DNA of 64,000 nt, from the IMG/VR virus record IMGVR_UViG_3300049442_000166. The stretch is one strand, 5' to 3'. The first letter of the stretch is position 1. The number at the start of each line of letters is the position of its first letter. This document shows, piece after piece, positions 58,403 to 64,000 of this stretch. The notes below the pieces were generated by a model. It was not told the DNA's origin, searched no databases, and worked only from the letters and a program-made list of their open reading frames with translations. This stretch comes from an uncultured virus (IMG/VR IMGVR_UViG_3300049442_000166). Taxonomy: Duplodnaviria > Heunggongvirae > Uroviricota > Caudoviricetes. Position numbers and translations under genes: made by a program.

Positions 58403-58777
58403 ATGACCGACGCCGATCGTCAGCGCTTGGTGAACATCCTCGGCATGCTCGGGAGCGCGCACCAGGGCGAGCGTGACGCAGCTGGGCTCCAGGCCGAGGC
58501 GTTCCGCAATAAGCACGGGCTGAGCTGGGCGGAGATGATCAATGGGAAGACGGTCTATGTCGGTGGCAATCCACCATGGCACACGGTCCCGGTCGAGAAG
58601 ACTGTCTACGTCGATCGCATCGTTTACGTGGACCGCACATTCGGTAGACAGACTATTCAGCGATGGAGGCGGTCGGTTGCTCTACCTTGGTCTTGGTGTG
58701 ATTTAATCGCCTTCGGTGGCATCGCTTTCATTGTGGTCACCATCGCCTATGGTGCGGTCCTTGGGTCTTGGCATTAA
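58403..58777 (+). CDS. Hypothetical membrane-anchored protein
   Basis: LGMLGS.H.GER.AA; C-terminal TM segment. Confidence 0.5.
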   Translation: MTDADRQRLVNILGMLGSAHQGERDAAGLQAEAFRNKHGLSWAEMINGKTVYVGGNPPWHTVPVEKTVYVDRIVYVDRTFGRQTIQRWRRSVALPWSWCDLIAFGGIAFIVVTIAYGAVLGSWH

Positions 58778-60828
58778 GGGGGCGGCACTGGTGGTGGCGG
58801 TTGAGGAACTTCTCCGCCGAACTTCCCCAGCGCCCCAGTGACACGCCGCTGTTGCAAGCGGCCTCCCACCCAATTCATCCCGCGCTGTGCGACATGTATT
58901 CCACCCGCTGCCGCAAGCGCAGGGAAGAGGCTACCCGATGCTCTGCCTTCGGCGAGAGCGCCACCCAGCATAAGCAGCTTGTTGCCGAACAGGTGCAGCG
59001 TTCCGCCGATCACACCGCGATTGGCGGCGTCTTTCAGCCACGCTTTCTCAATGTTGGAATACCCCCGGGATCTGGTTGGACTATCCAGCAGGGATTTGAC
59101 TTGGCGCCGAAAGGCCGTCGTCGTGTCGCCCTCAACGCCCTCCGCGCGCTGCCACATACGTTCGATGTCGTCCATCTTCCGGTATATCGACCACGCGCCA
59201 CGTGCGTTGCCTAATGCCTGGAACCCGGCCGTGCCGCCGGTCGTGTCGCCAACACCTGCGTTGTCTATCGAGTGACGCAGATCGCTTTGTATCTCCAGGA
59301 GTTCCTTCCCTTCTTCGGTTAGGCGCGGCTTGTACTCTCTGCCAATGAGCCTCGTCAGACCTTCATCCATCTCCTGCACGGCATTCAACGTCAGCGGCTT
59401 GCCTTTGAGTGCTTGCCACCGCTGCACCATGGCATCGACTTCGCTTGGCCCAACAGTGGCCGCGCCGGCTTCTGTCTTTGGTTGGACGCGTTTGGTGATG
59501 TTATCGATGAAGGCGTCAGTGAACTGCGGCGTCAGTGTGCCACCGGTATCGTTGGCGGTCTTATAGAGATCATTGGACCACGCCTTCGCGTCTGCCGCCG
59601 TCCTGACCCTGGTCGGCGGTGGCGTGGCCGCTGGCGTCGCCGCAGTCGGTGATGTGGCGGTAGGCTCATAAACCTCCGATTGTCCGGTCGTCTGGTTCAT
59701 GCGGAACTGACGCCCGGGCTGGAACACCTCATCCGGATTGACGGGTCGCCACCCACCCGTTGTCCCGGTGGTAGTGGACGGCGTGATGCGCAACCCCTCT
59801 CGTCCTGTGCCATCGAAGGCCACAGGCACCCCACCCCACTGCTGCCCCTTATCGTCATACATCATGCCGTCTTTGACACGGACGATCGGCACGATCTTCT
59901 TCCCACCATCGGCGACAAGCTCGACCTTGTGTCCTGCTGCCAAAGCTTGGTCGGCGGCGCTGGACATGGCATTGCCGCCCTTAGTCATATCGAAGCCGGT
60001 GCCAGTCTCCCCGGCGTTGAGCATCCAGTCTCTGCCGAAGAAGGTTGGCTTGGCCTGTGGCGTGGCCCCCGGTTCAGGCGGCGGCGGTGCTGTGTCGTGC
60101 TGGATCAGTTGATGCATGCGCTCCAGGTCGGTCATGCCGGCCGGGCGCGGTGGCGCCGTTAGTTCTTGAATGGTGCTTGGCCTTGGTGGTAGCGGCTCGG
60201 ATGGCGTTGCCTCGTGCATGAAGGGCGCGCGCTGCTCGGTAAAAGGCACGCGCAACTCTGTCCCAGGAATGGGCGGACGCATGGGTGGGCGCAGGTGGCC
60301 TACGCCGGTCGGGAACGCTTCCGGCCCCGCTGCTAGCTCGTGGCCGAGTGAACCTGGGGTGAGTTCTCCGGAGATGCCCAACCACGGGACGTCAAGCGAT
60401 CCCAGGTGAATGTCGGGGGTCGCTTCGACGACTGCCTGCTGGCCCCCGCGCAACAGGGCGCCGCCAGCGCGGAGTACGGTTTCGGCACCGGCAATGACCG
60501 GATTATAGAACGGAGCCGTTATCAGATCTCCGGGAACTCTCGGGATGTGCGGAACCCCCTCAGCGCCTTCGACGCCTGCCTGGAAGATGCGCTTGTACGG
60601 TTCGTAGTTCGGCGTGTAGTTGAGTTCCGCCGTCGGCGGGGGGAATAGCTCGTCCTTGGTCGCCCGATGTGGCTCCTGGGGCGGCGGCGCCTGGGTGGTG
60701 GTGAAGCTGGGGAAGAAGTCGGTGGTCGCGGCCGCTGGCGGCGCTGCTGTTGGTGGTGGCGCCTGAGCTGGTGCTGGTGCCGGTGCCGGTGCCGTCGTGC
60801 CGAAGCTGGGGAAGAAGTCCTCTGCCAT
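58774..60828 (-). CDS. Putative internal virion/DNA ejection protein
   Basis: Large Pro/Ala-rich ORF coupled to the lytic ejection protein. Confidence 0.55.
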   Translation of the reverse strand: MAEDFFPSFGTTAPAPAPAPAQAPPPTAAPPAAATTDFFPSFTTTQAPPPQEPHRATKDELFPPPTAELNYTPNYEPYKRIFQAGVEGAEGVPHIPRVPGDLITAPFYNPVIAGAETVLRAGGALLRGGQQAVVEATPDIHLGSLDVPWLGISGELTPGSLGHELAAGPEAFPTGVGHLRPPMRPPIPGTELRVPFTEQRAPFMHEATPSEPLPPRPSTIQELTAPPRPAGMTDLERMHQLIQHDTAPPPPEPGATPQAKPTFFGRDWMLNAGETGTGFDMTKGGNAMSSAADQALAAGHKVELVADGGKKIVPIVRVKDGMMYDDKGQQWGGVPVAFDGTGREGLRITPSTTTGTTGGWRPVNPDEVFQPGRQFRMNQTTGQSEVYEPTATSPTAATPAATPPPTRVRTAADAKAWSNDLYKTANDTGGTLTPQFTDAFIDNITKRVQPKTEAGAATVGPSEVDAMVQRWQALKGKPLTLNAVQEMDEGLTRLIGREYKPRLTEEGKELLEIQSDLRHSIDNAGVGDTTGGTAGFQALGNARGAWSIYRKMDDIERMWQRAEGVEGDTTTAFRRQVKSLLDSPTRSRGYSNIEKAWLKDAANRGVIGGTLHLFGNKLLMLGGALAEGRASGSLFPALAAAGGIHVAQRGMNWVGGRLQQRRVTGALGKFGGEVPQPPPPVPPP

Positions 60829-63740
60829 CACGGCGCCGCCGCTGGTTTCTGATGGCCGCCAGGAGCCCACTGCGGGTCGACCCTGCGAATGATCGCCTCA
60901 GCCTCGGCTCGCTGCTCTGATGTGAGCTTGCCGTACCACTTCGTCAGCTCGTCGGCGCTACGACCGTTTAAGGCGTCGGTCGCCAGCTGATACACAGCCG
61001 GCGCATGGATGCCCTTTGGGTCTTTCCACTCCGCTTCCAATTCCGGTGATGCGGGCACATAGGCTGCCGGCATACCGCCCTCCTTCGTGTTCCGCCACGC
61101 CATGTATCGCGGTGTGAGCTTCGCCGTGAGCCCTTGTGCGTGGTCTAGGATTGCCTGATTGCTGACCAGTCCTGCGTGGAGCAAGTCGCTAATTGTTGCC
61201 TCCGGCATACCGGCGTGAGGCGAAGCGTGAGCGTTCATCTCGGCGAGGCCGATGCCATGCACTCCGCCCATCTGTGCTTCCTGCTGCAACGCGAGCTTGG
61301 TGAACTCCTTGACAGCAGCATCTCGATCGCCGGCAGAGGAGAAGTCTAAATGGAGGTAGTCCTTCATATCCTCCTGCCAGCCCTTCGATAGCCATGTATC
61401 GCCGAGACGGATCAGGTTGTTGCGCCATTCGGTGCCACTGCCTGCGGCAATGTTAGGCAGGCGGTGCAGGAGGTCTAAGGTGGTCTGGTTCACTGAATTG
61501 GCCTGCGTCGCCTGCGCCTGGAGCACGGCGTTCGTTTTGAAGTCCTCCTCGGTGCGCTTCTCGTCCGCAGAGGTAAACGTCTCCTGGCCCGGCATCGCCT
61601 GAGGCTGCACCGCTGTTGGTGGTCCGGATGTTCCTGGCGGCTGCGATATGGTTCCAGCTGGTGGCGCTGTAGCCGCTGGTGGTGTGGTGGCTGGTGGTGT
61701 GGTGGCTGGTGGTGTTTGCCCAGCTCCTGGCCCCGCCACCGGGGTGCTGCCGGGCGGCAGGCCGCGCGCCGCCAGGATGTGGGTGGGGGTGATCGCATCG
61801 GTGCCGGCCACCCTCCTGGTATAGGCCACGAAGCCGCGCGCCGTAGTGTCGCCGCCCAGCTGCGGATTTGCCGCGACGGCAGCCTTCAGCTCCGGGATAT
61901 CCGCGAGCTTCGTGTTGGACGGATAGCGCGCCAGCGCCGCCACACCACCCACACCCAGCCAATGCGCCGCGAACAGCGACGCGCCGGTCGGTCGCATGCC
62001 GTTCTTGATGAGTGCGGCTGCGTTGTCGGAGGTGAGCCCGGCCATCGCCTCGCGCTCGTAGTCGCCGTTGTTGGCGGTGATGTAGCGATCGGTGATCTGC
62101 TGATCGGTGAGATTGGTCGTCAGCTCCGGATGCTGCTTCTTCATCTGGGTGGCGAATGTGCCCGGCATGAACTGATACACGCCATTGGCGCCGGAGCCCT
62201 GCTTGTTCGGCTGCGCAACACCGCCGCTCTCGTGACCACCCACGGCGGCCATGTACCTCGTGTAGGGGTTGCTCTGGTCGGCTGCTCCCGGCCCCGGCGG
62301 TGTCGCAGGCGCATTCGGAGCCCCCGGCACGGGGGCGGTTGGTGCAGGAGCAGTTGACGCTGGCGGTCTGCCTGTCGCGCCTCCCGGTATCGTGCCCGGC
62401 GCCATCATCGGCGAACCAGACCGGGCGGCGATTTCGGATGGTGTCGCCACCTCCGGCACGAACCTGCCGTTGACGATCCATCCGCGGTCGGTCTTCGTGG
62501 GCGCCCTGTCAGCGGACAGGTCTGGATTGAAGACATATTGCAGCCCGTTCCACGAGTAGCTTTTCTGCGACATCTCGCGGTCCCAGGCGTCTGTCTGGTC
62601 CTTGGTTTTGAGCCCTCGGAGAGCCGCCATCTGCAGCTCAGGGTGGTCGAACAGCATCCTGCCGTCGGCGGTGCTCAGGTAGCCCTGGCGCCACGCCAGA
62701 TCGATCGCCTTGTTCCAGCTGGCCGGATCGGTGACGCTGCTCTCCAGCTGCGATAGATACTCGGTGCGCTGCTTACGTAACTGCTCTGCCGCCTCTATGG
62801 ACCGCTCGGGGGCGAAGGTTATCGCCCGGCGATAGGCCATATCCAGCTCACGCGGCACGAAGGCACCGATAGCTTGGTTGTAGACGCCGGTTCTCGCGCC
62901 GGTCACGCTCTCCCTGGGGTCAGTGGCGCCGGGCCGCGGAGCGGCTGGTGCGGCAGGCGCAGCGTTGGGAGGGGTGGCCTGGGCGAGCTGCGCCGACGCA
63001 GGTGGGCGGGCGAGCACGGCTGGTGCTGGAGCGGGTGGCGGCGGCTGCACTTGCGGGTGGCTGGCTAGGTACTGCTCCTTGGGGACCATCTGCCCAGTAT
63101 CAGGGTCTGCTATCATGGCGTTCGGGTCGGCGAGCGCGCGGTCAACGGCGGGGCTCAGGGGTCTCCTGGCTGGCTCTGTGGTCGTGGCCCCCATCATGAG
63201 GGGGCTGTCAGCGGACACGCCGCCGAAGCCCAGCTGAGGGGCCGCTGACGCCAGCATGGCGCTACCCGGCGGCTGATACCCTGGGCCCGGCTGGGAACCC
63301 GCCCCAGGTCGCCCAGCTGTGTAAAGCTGACGGGTGCTGCCGCCGCCCTGGTCTGTGTCCGGACTGTCGCCGATAGGATGTGCAGCACCACCACCACCAC
63401 CTCCGCCACCACCACCTCCGCCACCACCACCGCCGAAGGGGGATTGTTCGTTAGAGATCCCGGAGTTGGGGTCTGGGGGCTGCAGTGTCCCCATCTTCAG
63501 TCGTGTCATCTCGGCATCGATCGCCGCCTTGGTGCCCAGCGCCCCGTAGTAGGGCACCTGCGCCCGGTTCAGCTCGGCCTGCGATCGCAGCACATCAGGC
63601 TGCTGCCGCTCGGTCGCCGTCTGCGCCTCGATCAGCGGGATACCCGCATACGTCTTGGAGACGTCGGCCATCGACTGCGGCAGGGTCGAGGTGAGGTACT
63701 GGGCACCCCGGAACGGCATGTCGAGCAGTGACCAGCTCAT
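60828..63740 (-). CDS. Internal virion/ejection protein with lytic transglycosylase-like domain
   Basis: HESGG...SGANGVYQFMPGTF...AAHWLG.GG. Confidence 0.75.
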   Translation of the reverse strand: MSWSLLDMPFRGAQYLTSTLPQSMADVSKTYAGIPLIEAQTATERQQPDVLRSQAELNRAQVPYYGALGTKAAIDAEMTRLKMGTLQPPDPNSGISNEQSPFGGGGGGGGGGGGGGGGAAHPIGDSPDTDQGGGSTRQLYTAGRPGAGSQPGPGYQPPGSAMLASAAPQLGFGGVSADSPLMMGATTTEPARRPLSPAVDRALADPNAMIADPDTGQMVPKEQYLASHPQVQPPPPAPAPAVLARPPASAQLAQATPPNAAPAAPAAPRPGATDPRESVTGARTGVYNQAIGAFVPRELDMAYRRAITFAPERSIEAAEQLRKQRTEYLSQLESSVTDPASWNKAIDLAWRQGYLSTADGRMLFDHPELQMAALRGLKTKDQTDAWDREMSQKSYSWNGLQYVFNPDLSADRAPTKTDRGWIVNGRFVPEVATPSEIAARSGSPMMAPGTIPGGATGRPPASTAPAPTAPVPGAPNAPATPPGPGAADQSNPYTRYMAAVGGHESGGVAQPNKQGSGANGVYQFMPGTFATQMKKQHPELTTNLTDQQITDRYITANNGDYEREAMAGLTSDNAAALIKNGMRPTGASLFAAHWLGVGGVAALARYPSNTKLADIPELKAAVAANPQLGGDTTARGFVAYTRRVAGTDAITPTHILAARGLPPGSTPVAGPGAGQTPPATTPPATTPPAATAPPAGTISQPPGTSGPPTAVQPQAMPGQETFTSADEKRTEEDFKTNAVLQAQATQANSVNQTTLDLLHRLPNIAAGSGTEWRNNLIRLGDTWLSKGWQEDMKDYLHLDFSSAGDRDAAVKEFTKLALQQEAQMGGVHGIGLAEMNAHASPHAGMPEATISDLLHAGLVSNQAILDHAQGLTAKLTPRYMAWRNTKEGGMPAAYVPASPELEAEWKDPKGIHAPAVYQLATDALNGRSADELTKWYGKLTSEQRAEAEAIIRRVDPQWAPGGHQKPAAAP

Positions 63741-63818
63741 GACAGAAATCCTTCGCGCGCGAACCGAAACTGCCTAGTTGGGTTCATATCAGCCTTTTGC
63801 CCTAACAATATCAGCGGG

Positions 63819-63998
63819 TTACTGAAGTGGCCGGAAGAAGCCGAGGTTCTGCAGCGCAGCCCCTCCTGGCGTGGTCCCTGTCGGGTCTGACGCGTAGCCG
63901 TAGTTGGTGGGGTCGTAGCTGCTGCTGGTCTGGCCACCGAAGGCGGTATCGGCGGCGCTGACGAGGCCGCCGACGCCCTTGAAGAGGTCGCCGACCCC
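63819..63998 (-). CDS. C-terminus of a putative ejection/pilot protein (partial)
   Basis: GVGDLFKGVGGLVSAADTAFGG...LGFFRPLQ*, open to the window edge. Confidence 0.4.
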   Translation of the reverse strand, partial: GVGDLFKGVGGLVSAADTAFGGQTSSSYDPTNYGYASDPTGTTPGGAALQNLGFFRPLQ

Positions 63999-64000
63999 AC

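Noticed and set aside
63385..63435. (CCA/CCG)n trinucleotide run
   Set aside because: It encodes a poly-Gly linker in the ejection protein.
1..64000. Integrase, DNA/RNA polymerase, reverse transcriptase (DGR), tRNA or rRNA genes
   Set aside because: No recognisable motifs were found by eye. tRNAscan and HMM searches are needed to exclude them formally.

Overview
The window is most of a GC-rich tailed-phage genome with podovirus-like gene content. It appears circularly permuted, because the virion genes at the right end continue the minus-strand late operon at the left end. Minus strand 1-34 kb carries packaging and virion genes: terS, terL, portal, GroES-like, scaffold, capsid, adaptor and tail. 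The 35-57 kb region carries early, replication and accessory genes: SF2 helicase, AAA helicase, RuvC-like, exonuclease, lysis pair and three PEP-CTERM proteins. The 57-64 kb region carries the tail collar and ejection proteins, and about eight HNH endonuclease genes or remnants are scattered throughout. The standout is a TIGR-Tas-like RNA-guided system spread through the packaging region. It has six separate arrays (about 70 units of 36 nt; minus-strand consensus AGCCG-N8-GAGAGTGCCG-N8-GAGCG) and one Nop/IS110-related protein with no recognisable nuclease domain (27322-28512). Seven copies of a covarying structured element (outer stem enclosing an a-b-a'-b' pseudoknot or switch) start exactly at the GAGCG|AGCCG repeat junction. 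Four of them abut SD-less start codons, including that of terL. A shared operator (CTGAT-N5-ATCAG) and an extended RBS motif (CAGGAGTATCCC) mark the early genes. All calls come from manual motif recognition; no database searches were run.
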